A stretch of DNA of 63,897 bases, counting the filler, from Nemertoderma westbladi (taxonomy: Eukaryota; Animalia; Xenacoelomorpha), in assembly GCA_032718475.1 (NCBI GenBank). It is 3 parts of 3 records of this genome, joined end to end, with 100 filler letters (N's around TTAATTAATTAA, not from the genome) between each part and the next. Parts side by side here need not be neighbours in the genome. Positions count along the whole stretch, not along the records: positions 40,109 to 63,897 come from JAUCBJ010002808.1; 2 more parts are not named here. One strand, given 5' to 3'. Shown one piece after another: positions 51,593 to 63,897 of this stretch. Under the pieces are notes generated by a model that saw only the letters and a program-made list of their open reading frames with translations, did no database searches and was not told the DNA's origin. Each line of letters starts with the position of its first letter. Within the stretch, counting starts at the first letter, position 1. Both the position numbers and the translations under genes were made by a program.

Positions 51593-52459
51593 CTTACAGC
51601 CTTAGGCCTACTTCTGTACCTACTTGAATACTGGAATATGGGCTGATGGGGTGATATTGGCGAGCTTCCAACTGTCCAATGACTGAATGAGATGGGACGA
51701 GTTCAGAGTTCACTATCAGACTATCCATATATTTTTGAAATACTGAAACAGGTCTGGTGGTCTGAGAGAGATCTCAGGATCTTGAGAGTTCCAGAGTTCT
51801 GTTGGAAGTTCCTTGACAGCTTGAGCATGATTGGGTAAAAATGGGTAGGCCTAGCAGCCTAGACCCTAACTGGACAAGGCGAAATGTCTGTTTTAATTTT
51901 AGCTATTTCCGCCTGTACAATCTGACAATGGAAGGCAGAAGGGTTAAACTGTTAAAGTCAACAGTGAACAGTGGTAACTGTTTTGTTAAACACAAAACAG
52001 CAAAACTATTTAAATGATAATCAGACAGTCAGATAGGCCTATGTCAGTATGTCTGTATGTACTGATGTATGTTCTATTTTAAATGATATGAAATAACTGA
52101 ATAATGATAAAATGCTATAATCAGACTGTCAGATAATGATGGGCATAATATATCGGTATACCAGTATACAGCATAGACTAACAGACTAACATTTACCGGT
52201 AACATATAGGCCTAATACCGTCATACTGTAATAGGCCTACATAAAACATTTTTTTTTTTATTATTATTATCATCACTCTAGGCCTAGGCCTATGAATTTA
52301 TAAAAGAGGGCTCTAAAAATTACACAAAATATACAGAAATATATTCCAGTATTCTACAAAATAAAATTAACGCAACAATGTCATAGTCTACCGGTCCTAC
52401 CAGCCTACGAATGTGCAATAAAATATTCACAATAAAAATTGATTGTTATGATTCACAAT

Positions 52460-53270
52460 CCAGGTTGGAATTCATGCATGAGCGCGCAGGTACGCTTTGT
52501 TGTTTTGAGATCACCGCGCACCTGAAATTGGCTCGTCGCGCACCTCATCATCCATACAAAATCGCGCAGCTCATGTCATGCATATCTCAAAAAATCGTGC
52601 AGGTGATATGAACAATTTTACATTCCTATTTTACAGCTTTGAGCGTTTTAAGCTTAGGCCCTATCTTAGTACGGCTGTCTGTCTGTGCGTTGAATCTACA
52701 TAATACATGTACTTTTTGCAATATCAAAATTGTTAATATTAAAAAATATTTTTTGAATCCACTACATTTACATTTGAAAATACATTACTCTACTGTATAA
52801 AATTTGATTAAATATGCAATAGTTAAGTCATACTTATAATACATTGTTACTTTCTGACTTTACCTTTTTACTAACGTAACATCAGAACATAGGCAATAGG
52901 CATAGGCCTAATAACAATAGAGTATACTGTCACTGTAGTTAAAATAAATAGACAAATTCAGCTCCGGTTGCCTGTACAGTATTACAGCATTATGGAGAAA
53001 TGATTTGTCAGTTTGAAGAAGTGGAAATGAGAAATAACGCGAGCGAAGCGAGCGAAATTTTTTTGTGTATTTTCGTGATTTCAATTAATTTGTGGCGCGC
53101 ATCAGAGCTGCGCGCTGAGGCGCAACGCGCACCTGTCTCACCCAAACGCGCAACGCGCACCTGTCTCACCCGAACGCGCACCTGTCTCACCCAAACGCGC
53201 AACGCGCATCTGGTTTGCGGTCATTCGCGCAGGTACGCGTCCGAGTTTTGCAGCATGAATTCCAACCTGG
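52460..53270. mobile_element. hAT-like non-autonomous element
   Basis: Perfect 18-bp TIR CCAGGTTGGAATTCATGC and perfect 8-bp TSD TTCACAAT; subterminal CGCGCA repeats. Confidence 0.85.
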
Positions 53271-53659
53271 TTCACAATAATAACTAAATACTTATGAGTA
53301 AAGTAATGTTGGGAACATAATAGTAATATATTGCATGTACTGGTACCTGGGTACTGGTACACAGTGGTACTGCAGTATTGGCAAGGGCAACTGGCAGACT
53401 GGGACTGGCTGAATGGGGGAATACAGGAATACGACTTTACAGTTGTCTTGTAGCTGGACCTGGAACAAGAAAAAAACACTTGATTACGTTTGGCTCTAAT
53501 ATACTAATATAGAGCTAATTTAGTTATTATTATTACTTTTTATTTCCTATGACAAGCCAATTAGAGCCATAGTCGTTATCTTATCAGTATCGTAACAAAT
53601 TATGCAAGAATACACAATAAAGGCACAACATAGATGCAGACTATATGACTATACTGAGG

Positions 53660-55200
53660 ACTGACAGAGATTACTTTTACAGTAGCTATGATGATGTTCT
53701 AAATGTATTAAAACTACTGAACCCCTGTAAGGCCAGTGGGCCAGACAACATTGATGCAAGGTTGCTCAATAGGCTCAAGTTTGTTTTGACTGATCCTGTC
53801 GGTTATTTCAATAGTCTTTCGACACTGGAATTGTACCCTCTATTTGGCGTGAAGCAAACGTAGTACCTCTATATACAAAAACTCAGGATTTCGTTCAAAT
53901 GGTAGTAACTACCGTGCTATATCTTTAACTTCCCTCATAGTTAAGATACAGTAATGGAGTCTATTATACGGAACAAAATGATGGATTACTTATTGTCTTT
54001 CGGTGATTTCACCAAAAACCAACACGGGTTTCTTTGCAACAAATCAACCTTCTCACAGCTTTTGGAATGTTCCACAGACTGGGTTCGTATTCTAAATTTA
54101 AGTCAACCAATCGACATTGTATACAGTATACCGACTTCAAACGGGCGTTTGATAGAGTTTCACATCAGAAACTGCTCCTGCAGTTACAATGCTACGATAT
54201 TGGCGGTGCTCTTTTGACTTGGATTATGAATTTCTTATCGGATAGATCACAGCGTGTCAGTATTAATGCATTAATGGTAATCATCAATACCGATGACCAG
54301 TGGAGTGCCTCAGGGCAGTGTTCTTGCTCCACTCCTTTTTGTTATTTTCATTAATGACATCTGCGATTGTATTTCAACTCATACTGGAATCAAACTTTAT
54401 GCTGACGATACTAAACTATATAGAGCTGTTCTATCAATTGATGATTCTCGTCAACTGCAACATGATATTGATACTCTTAATTTATGGTCTGAATTATGGC
54501 AATTGCATTTTAATTTGAAGAAGTGTGGCATCATAACCCTTCAAGGAACTACCACAATTCATTCATCACGACAATATGGAATGGATAACCAAGTTCTGCC
54601 AATGTTGGCTTCCTCTAGAGACCTGGGGGGAAGAAATACCCGGCGATTTAAGGTATAGTGAACATGTAAGTATTATTGCCAGTAAGACCAGGCAAGTATG
54701 TCATCAGATATGGAGAGCCTTTGGCCACCGGGATACAAATTTACAATTTGGCTTCTTCGAAACATTTGCCAGGCCAATATTAGAGTCAATGCTGTAATCT
54801 GGAACCCATCACTAATCAAGGATATTGATGCGATTGAACGAGTGCAGAGGGACTTTACACGATATCTGCCTGGCTACAAAGAATTATCTTATCATCAACA
54901 ATTATTTCGCCTTAAGACTGATCCCCTTGAAGTTCGTCACATTAAGTTGGATTTAACAGAAATGTACAAAATTGTTACCCTTAACAACAATGCAGGCAAT
55001 TTCTTTACTCTTTCAAATTTATGTTCTATCAGAGGTCACTCCAAGAAACTGGTGTTACCGCGTTCTAACTATAACATTTTGCAGAGCCACTTCACAGTTC
55101 GTCGGATCTCACTCTGGAACAGCCTTGATGAGAGCACAGTGACTTCTAGATCACTTTCTTTATTCCGCAAGGCAATCAATATTATTAACTTGATCATTGT
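53660..55200 (+). mobile_element. Decayed CR1-clade LINE RT
   Basis: KASGPDNI, NQHGF, YTDFKRAFDRVSH, SGVPQGSVLAP, YADDTKLY, WNP, IERVQR, RGHSKKL, WNSL; frameshifted. Confidence 0.9.
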
Positions 55201-55579
55201 AATTATTAAATTAAAAATCCGGGAAGCGCCCCAGCGCTATAATTAATTAATTGAACGAAGCCGCATCGATTTAAAACATATAAACCTCTAGAAATGCACT
55301 GCACGGATACAAGTATGGTTAAAATAAGAATAAGATAAAGTAAAAATACACAGAGTCGTGTACCATCATCAAAAATTTGTATCATGAATCAACCAAGCTT
55401 GCCAATTCAATGAATGGTTCCAAATCGCTAACAATTAAATATTATTTTAATCTTGCTAACAAATAAACAAATTATACTGCTCGAGAAAGCCGAGGTACAG
55501 AAGCGAGATTAGAGCAGAATTTAGACACTATTACAAAGACATATAAAATATATATATATGAGAGAATGAATGTACTAAA

Positions 55580-57495
55580 TGGATATTACAGTATATCACA
55601 TAATAATTCAGAATAAAAGCAAACTTCAGGCGACCAAGCTGGCCAGGTCTTAATCACTAGAAGTCTATAATAGACATCATATTGATAGTTATATAGAAGA
55701 ATGGTAAGGTAGGTCGCTTTAAAGTCATCCTGCATCGACATCTCCTTCAACAAAGATTTGGTTGCTTTTTTATTGCAATGTTTAGTGGAGTAAGAGGATA
55801 TTGAAATTGATGACAGCGAAGGCAAATCATACAAAAATGCAGACCTTTCATAGCACGAAAATACAGTATGTCCACTTTGTTACCCAGGAAGTGATCACAA
55901 AGGATATTAGCAAATAGCGAGTGTATCTTCGAGTTGCCGGTGTTGAATAATCTATATATGAAATTGAATTGTTGAAGATGCAAAAAGGCTTCGATATTCA
56001 CACCATATTATATGGAGTAAAAGACGATGTTTGAAACACGATTATCAACATGGAGTATGGATCGCATTGCCTTGCGAATTTCTTTACTGAGAAGTTCTAT
56101 ACCTTTATAGGAAAGGCCGGATGATCCGTATACAATGTTTCCACTTGACAAGCAGATAACTTTCCACAGTAGAGTTACTGTATTAAGAGGAACATCAGTA
56201 ATAGTAAATCCTGCTCGCTGCATTTGAGCTACATTAAGCCATATCTTCCTTTTATTAAAGCTAAGAACCGAGTGGTCATCTGCAGGTATTGGTATGCCCA
56301 TATACTGGCAATGTGGTACCGACTTGAAAGTTTTGCCACCAACCTTTAGGGTATCAACAGTTGTTGTTTTACCTTTGTTATCAATCGACAAGAAATTACA
56401 TTTTGTTAAGTTTAGTCTCAGATTGTGGCTTTCAAAGTAGTCCGATGATAACTTTAATAGACCAATTAAGTCTGTCTTCATGTTCGCAAGATAATAATAT
56501 CATCAGCATAATTGGCAACGCAGAAAGATAATTCACCAACATGGGCTCCCAGGCCACTGATCTCCATATTATGAATCAGGTCGCATATATAAAAATTGAA
56601 CAATATTGGGGACAAGATTCCACCTTGTCAGACTCCCCTTTGAATATGTATAGGTGTATTGACTAAAAGTCCATTGTTAGTAATGTACGCTGTAGAGTTG
56701 CAATAAAAAGATTCCAAAGCATCAACAACGTGAAGGTGAACATCGGTCTCTCTAAGCTTGGCAAAGAGTTTCTTATGGCAAACAGAGTCGAATGCTGATG
56801 ACAGGTCTACACACATAAGATACATGTGTGATCCTTCTTTTGTGAACTTCTGTACTAAGCTTTCCACCACCTGATGAGCAATGTCCGAACCCGATTTTGC
56901 TTTGTAGCCCATTTTGTAAGTTGCTTGTCGGTAGTCCAGAGAGTTCTTTTAGCAATGATAATTCCCAGAGCTTTGCCACTGTGAGTGTTATGGAGATGAA
57001 ACGGAAATTTGCTTCTTGGGGAATCGAAATTGAGGTTGAGGCAGTTCTTTTTCCCTTAGGAATTGGAGATATGGTGCTAAGGGAGAAAATTTTAGGGCAT
57101 ACACCATCCTTTAAGATTTCTTTAAAGAGCTCAGCAATGTAATTACATAAGCCAAATGAGTTTCCATAGATAAGGCATTCTGCATTAATTTGGCAAATGT
57201 CATTAGATTTATCACGATTGAGTTTGCTAATTAGCTCAGAAATGTCGCTTGCCTTGATCTTGTTAGGAACTAATGGAGTACCAGTCATGGTCGCATGAGA
57301 TGTAGAACTTTCTCCAGATATGTCACTTGATTTGTCGGAAAACTGTTCTGTAATTCTTTTATGAACATCATGTAACTGTTGATCGTTAAAATAATGTTTG
57401 TTTTTAGTCTTGATTTTTCTCCAAAAAGAAGTTGATTGGTTGCGATTGGTGCGAGCTAAAGCTCTTACATGTTCTTTATATGATTCTTTAGTCTG
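55580..57495 (-). mobile_element. Decayed LINE RT (RTEX-like GVxQGGILSP type)
   Basis: ISPIPKG, NFRFISI, VDLSSAFDSVCH, GV*QGGILSPILFNFY, YADDIIIL; frameshifted. Confidence 0.8.
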
Positions 57496-58268
57496 TTGTG
57501 GGCGGTATTTAACATATGTTATACAAACCGTTTAGATTTTCTGTTCTTACAACCGCTGGAACTACGTCGTATCATATTTGATTTAAAGTTAACCTACAGT
57601 ATTGACAGAAACCTAGTTGATCTAGATGTAGATAAATATTTTACAAGACCACCGCGTAGTGGTCTTCGAGGGCATTCTCGTAAATTATTTGTACCTAGGT
57701 GCAGACTCAATATGTGTAAAAACTCGTTTAAGCACAGAGTTGTTCCTATTTCGAACGAGTTACCTGGAGATCTTGTTGATGCTGTAAACCTAACCATTTT
57801 TACACGGGGTTTGTCAGGGGTTAACCTACTTAAATATTGCTCTTTTTCAAGAGACCATGGTAATCCATGGTTTTTTCAGTAAAATGTATTTAATTTCGTT
57901 AGTATTGTTTTTATTTTTTTTTTTTCTATTTTTTCCAATGGTCAAACTGGATATTTTCTCTTACTTTGAACCAATTATTTTAAATTTAATGTTCTTTTTA
58001 ATTTTCTTCAACATTCCTTGTGTAATTTTAATTTTAATTTCAATATTCTTTTTTTCACATTAAAACTAATTATGGACCACCATAAGTGCTATATGCCTGG
58101 TAGGTATCCTCTCCCTCGAACCATATAATGTATCTTATATCACAATTACAATATTTTACTTATATTTAGTAAATGTATTTCGTGTATAATTTTGTATTAA
58201 TATCTGTTGCTTTGTTTTTTTTTTTAAATTTGATTTCGTGTTAATAAATAAATAAAAATAAATAAATA
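57496..58268 (+). mobile_element. 5'-truncated CR1-like LINE 3' end with A-rich tail
   Basis: LELRRIIFDL...RGHSRKL...FKHRVV..NELP, then a 3' UTR ending in (AATAA)n at ~58243-58268. Confidence 0.8.
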
Positions 58269-61159
58269 TGACATTGGGATATTTGACCGTGCTGCATTCA
58301 GAATACTATTAACCAGGCCGTCTGCTCTGTTGTCTCTCGAAAGGTGGTTGGTCCCATGACTATACAGATTTTTTACTACTTCATCCCTGTAGACTGCCCG
58401 ATTATCACTTGTTGCCTCCTTAAAGTGCCATCTGATGTTTTTCTGTTTTGATTTTCCAAAGCCTTGCTATAGGGGCTGTTGCGCTGTCAGTCAGAGAGGT
58501 AACAGCCCATGGGGTAAGGATTTACCCCTGGAGCGCTAACTATCAGATAGTCTGATACCAACTGTCAGACAGTCTTTTTCAACTATCAGATAGATGATGG
58601 CCCAGTTACAAGTTCCCGGGCCCGATAGTTGTATTTTTTAAACCCCGAGTGTTGTTGACGGAGTCTGTTACTTCCGAAATCGTTGATCGTGGTGCCGGTG
58701 CCGGAATTCTGGCTTTGATTAAAAACACTGAACTGTTGAACGATGGCGTAATCTACGAAACCCGGCCGGATTCCTAATCCGAGGAGGCGACGGAGTCAAT
58801 TAAACGTAAACAATGAAACGATCGCGATGGACAATGGAGTCTATTCAATATATCCAGAACGATACGATGCCGACGGAGTCTATTACAGTATTAAACACGC
58901 AACCAAAGCGATCAGACGATGGCGAAGTAATCTACAAAACAGAGAATGACAGGAAGGCAATGGAGTTTATTAAACCCAGTAAGATGTTGCATAGCGAAGC
59001 GATCGAGACGGATAACGGAGTCTATTACAGTATTAAATCTTGAACGAAGAAGGTGGAATCTATAGGCCTAAACCTGGAACAATGCGAACAAGGCTACTCT
59101 AAAGTTAGACTAGACTGGTTTGTGAGATTAACTTGCCAATACTAACTCAATACAATTTGCTTTCTTCGAATTCCTAATAATATATTTTAATCTTAATAAT
59201 AATTATTCAACATCAATTATTTTATAAGTCTTGTCAATGTATACGATTGCTGAAGACTAAAGAGCTAACTTTAGGATAATCTGCCTTATATTTTTAGAAT
59301 TATTATAATTAATTTTGTTATGTTTATAATGAATTGTATCTATTGACGGACTACTTGATGCGCGACCGTGATAATAAAATTAAATCGGGGGCGCAATCAA
59401 TATTCTTTCTTCCCTCCCCAGGTGAAAATCGACGCAAATAACAGCTTGTTTACTACTAAAATAAAACTGCCTCCTGTTCTATAGGAAAAAACATTATAGG
59501 GGAAATTTTAGCAAGTTGTGTTTATTTTAGCCGATAGACAAGATTACCGGTACATGTTTACCAAGTTTGGTATAATTTAGTCAAAGATTGAATGAGTTAC
59601 GATTTTAAATTATCAGTGGAGGGTGAAGGCCTGAAGGCGGCGGGCCAGGATTCAGTTATACTTGAATAAAGAATAGTGATTAAACCAAGGGATACGCGAT
59701 ATATGGCACTGAGCTGTAAAAGTTCATTGAATGACTGTTGATTTCGAAACATTTAATTCAAAACTATATATAAATGTTAATATAATTTTGGATTTTTTTT
59801 TCTAATAATTAACATTTCAACAATTTATTTTTTTATCTAATCAATCACATTATTAAATAACGAAGCACAGAAATAATACTGATTGAATATTGAATTGAAG
59901 GTACAGTACCGAATTGAATATTTGAGATTTCATAAGATAGAATATTGAATATCTTCGGCCATCATCCCATTGTATGAAATTTGAAAAATTGATAGTTTCA
60001 ATTCCCTCCTCCTCGGTGGGAGAGACAGTTCTACTGTAATCAATGGCCCCTCAAGCGGGCCTGGACTCTGGCTGTGCCACTCCTTTAGAATGGCTGTGCC
60101 ACTCCTTTAGAAGAGTGTTGTCCTTGGCGCGATATAATAATTAAAATTGAGAAGTTAAAAAAATCAAAATTCTTCAGATATACAATTACAATAAAATTTA
60201 GACCGCAAAGTGAAAACCTGGTATTATTTACATGGGCGTTTGAACCAATTGCAACTCAATTGTTCTTCAACCTCAAAGTGATTCGTTGGTGGAGAACGAA
60301 AGATCTCGATGATGGATTCCAAATATGTAAAAACATTTGAATTTGGTTGGGAAAAAGCTGATTTATATGAGCACTGTTACATGTTGCATGTATTTACTTC
60401 GGTTCCGCTGCAGGCAATTTATTCCACTTAATAAATACACAATATTCTGGAACATTTGTTTATCTGCTACGTACTACAGTAGTATTATTATATACAGTAG
60501 GTATTGTATTGTTGCCCAGCTACTGATTAGTTCCATATTAGAATGTAGAATAAATGGACTCCAACGCAGCTCAACGCAAAATATGTAACTTCAACGTCCA
60601 TTACAACTGCCATATCTCAGATATTCCTTTTGAAAAATTCTGAATTTATTACATTATTTAGTTTCCCTGCAACAACGTCATCTTACATTCGTTATCGTTA
60701 CCAACGAACCCACTATAAGATTAAAAGGTCGACTGAGATAGGCCTACCTATTTAAAGCGCTTGTAGGTAAGGATTGAAAGCGAAGGCGGGTTGATACAGT
60801 ATCACGGGGAATTAACATAATATTTAATTATCAATAAATTTGTTTTAGTTATTCTAACGAAAACAATAAAAGACGAAATTGTGGGGATATGAAAATACAC
60901 ATTATATTATCAGACTTATTGTCGGTGCAAAAACAGTTCATGGTGTATGGAAAAATGCGACAGGGTTGGGAAGGATAGAAATGTACGTAGGAGTTAATAG
61001 TTATACTGTAATACCCGATCAGAGTTTGTTACGATTATTTGAATATTAAATTGTGTATACAAAGTGTAAGAAGCGCCGGGGACATATGATATGGAGTCCC
61101 CCCCTACCTGAAAAGTGGGAGGGACGTGTCCCCCCCGCCCCCCTATGGCTGCGCCACTG

Positions 61160-61850
61160 TTGATAGGTTCAGATTTATTAACGTTAGACTGAAGTAGATA
61201 ACAGAGCCACCCTTGGGGTATAAATATGTGGTCTATATAGCTGCGTTTTGCCCCCTCAATTCCATTATGTTTAGCAGAATGTGAGTAGAGCAATCCAGAC
61301 GCCTTTTCAGACATGTCTGCAGCCAACAATTCATTTGGCATAATGATACCACCAAGAAACATCTTACCAAACTTGGAGTTGTTATTAGCCCCTTTAGGTT
61401 GTAGAGTTTCATCCCACTGAATAGATCCATTTATATCCCCCAAAATAATTGGAGTAAGATTTGACCCTTCACATTCATTAATTAAAACACTTAAATCTCT
61501 CAATTTCCTGTAGATAGTCATGTTGATCATTTTCTCTGTGACAGTTGGCAGGCATGTATGTATTACTAATTGCAATGTTATGTTTATATAGAGATCTAAT
61601 CGCAATAGCACTGAATCTGTCTGATCCAGTGACAATTGGGGCACAGTATGGCAATATCTCATTTTTAACCATCATGACGGTGCCACCCTCGCCCCTAACT
61701 CGAGGTTTTGATATGAGCATACTATTACTAACACTGAATGTGACACAGGAGTAGCCATTATGTATCTTATGTAAAGGGAACTGGAAGGATTCCATGTATG
61801 ATGTCCATATATGGCCACCTCATTGAGTAGATATAGCTAGTGACGATATC
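61160..61850 (-). mobile_element. LINE APE-endonuclease remnant, probably the 5' part of the 55580-57495 element
   Basis: RGEGGT, NTYMP, IILGDING and SYIDHIF motifs; same strand and correct order relative to the RT remnant. Confidence 0.7.
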
Positions 61851-62705
61851 TACTAATTAACTGCAACACTTATTATCCGATTTAATATATTTTTAAGTAT
61901 CATATGTTCTCCTTGTGTTTTAATTATACCCATACTGTATTTTACTTAATCACTTTGTGGTGCTTTTTATAAGCATGGCTGAGTGCCATCTCTGTATTGA
62001 CCTAAAGTTATATGTGTAAATTTATTTTAAATTAATTGATTTTAGAGAATAAAACAGCATTATTATTATTATTATTATTATACTTCTATATAAAAAAGTG
62101 CACGAAAATACTGAAATATATGCAGACAACTATTTTAATAATAAATAGTAAAATAATGCTATAACATTGGGTGGCCCTGGGAATAATTAACCTTAGTCAA
62201 TGCAGCAATGACAACGTATATTTACATACTACGCAACTACAGTACTGTATAATACTCTTACAATGAGAGTATTTTACAATTAAGCTATTAATTGTACACC
62301 AGGCACAGTAGCTTCCAAACGCAATGTAAAAGCCTTCAATATAAACAAACTTTATTTCAAAATTGTAACATTACTCAACGCCGTTAGTATTAACAGTGAG
62401 CTATTATTTAGCACTTTACAACTTTAGAGGACACATTACAGTATTGTATTGGCCTGTACATTTAGTATTTTATTGGTGTTGTAATGTCCCTTGTGCCTTG
62501 TTTATGTGGTATTAACATTGCTCCAAACGCCACCATAAATATAACCTAACGTTTTTATAACATAATTTGTCATTTTTACATTTATTTATACAGCAACTAA
62601 TTTAATTTGTGCAGCTTCTATCACTTATAAATATATACAAATATTTCATAATTTTACAATTTTGGAATCAAACTACATACATACATACTTGTTGCAAAGT
62701 ACTGT

Positions 62706-62819
62706 ACTTTACAGTGTTCTGATCCTCGTGGATTTATTTTCACTCACTCACTACGTTCGTTCGTAGTGAGTGACGTTCGATCCGAGTTCGATAGAACTCG
62801 GATCATCACACTGTAAAGT
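62706..62819. other. Compact multi-hairpin element
   Basis: Outer stem 62706-62725 / 62800-62819 (18 of 20 pairs), 12-bp hairpin 62744-62773, 11-bp hairpin 62779-62804. Confidence 0.7.
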
Positions 62820-63633
62820 GCTACTTTACACACAAGTACAGTATGTAAACAGAACTGTTTGATTTTGTTTTCTGATTTTTTACCGAGAAGTTAACGATTT
62901 AACTTAAAACGTGTTGGATGGCTGGTACCGGTGTACAGTATTGGACGGTAGTGTAACACAGTCAGCCAGTATATGTCTTTTGTCTTTACATCCAGATGTT
63001 GGCTCGATTCTGTCATATATAAGTGGAAATACCTGTATCTTATCATTGAAGAAAAACAATTCAAAGCATTAGTATACACTACTGTATATCACTGTGATAT
63101 CTTTTTAGGCTTTGAATTGTTTTTATTTAAATTTTATTTATATTGCGTGTTTAATAATATACATACAGTACCACTGAAGACAGGGTTTGCCTAAACACCC
63201 AACTACACCCCACATTTCACCTACTGTAACTACACCCAACTACAGTACACCCAACTTTCACCCAAAGTACACCCAACTACACCCAACTTCCACCAAACTA
63301 TATTGTATGGCACCCAACTTCCACATATTACAATATGTACAGTAAACTCTGAATTTCCTTGAGGAATTGATGAGATATGGCTGAGATGGATGAATATTTT
63401 CTGTATTTTGCTCCCATTGTTCCTCACTGGACTCCTCACTCCATGGGACATGTTGCTCAAGAATAACAAACTACTGTAGAGTGTACCAATTACATAATTA
63501 TTGCCACTATTTAAAGAATGGGTAAATTCCGTAAGTAATATAAAATAGGTAATTTGACAGATTAAAATGGTAAGGTTTTGAAAGGGAGATTAAAAATAGG
63601 TCAATGTTGGGATTACTGCCGATTTACTAAATT

Positions 63634-63832
63634 TCAGTCTAGTACAGAGTTCAACAAGAGTTCCGACCACTCTTGACGCTGGGACTGGTCTTCTTCATCT
63701 TCATCGTCAATAGGGCAGGCTATATTCGCGCTGGCGTTATCTTGGCTGACGCTGGTATAACTGCTACATGCTGCCACATCAATTCTAGCAGAGGATACAG
63801 CAACGTCACACTCAAAAAGGACACCTTGGTAC
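63634..63832 (-). CDS. Possible terminal exon of an unidentified gene
   Basis: catcag| then an open frame YQGVLFECDV...DDEDEEDQSQRQEWSELLLNSVLD*, with coding-like composition. No family recognised. Confidence 0.3.
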
Positions 63833-63897
63833 CTGATGTACATTATAAACTAAACTCTTGTCGATTTTTCTCTATATTGCATTGTGGATGGTTTGTT

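Noticed and set aside
58590-59045. Short ORF with ACGGAGTCTATT repeats
   Set aside because: Degenerate repeats interrupted by stops; no recognisable product.
61075-61160. hAT-like terminus CAGTGGCGCAGCC (minus)
   Set aside because: No partner TIR or TSD was found, so no element could be delimited.

Overview
AT-rich, intron-rich animal DNA, most likely an invertebrate. It is not prokaryotic. Two 100-bp artificial spacers (N44-TTAATTAATTAA-N44 at 17437-17536 and 40009-40108) divide the window into three contigs whose adjacency is unproven. Contig 1 carries five frame-consistent exons of a calcium-channel alpha2-delta (CACNA2D-like) gene on the minus strand. Its 13-kb intron holds an intact intronless CDK20 gene, a tRNA-Val(CAC), a decayed LINE, MITEs and several satellites. 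Contig 2 carries the last five coding exons (1491 codons, phases consistent) of a large disordered protein with KMT2E/SETD5-like motifs. Its last intron contains nested elements: a MITE holds a 4.5-kb Polinton/Maverick-type element (AGTAGT termini, ~212-bp TIRs, 6-bp TSD), which holds a zinc-finger/acidic cargo ORF and a young L2 LINE. Contig 3 carries two exons of a MAPKAPK2/3-like kinase among many LINE remnants and non-autonomous DNA transposons. A recurring theme is that several tandem arrays are amplified copies of the host genes' own splice-site sequence.
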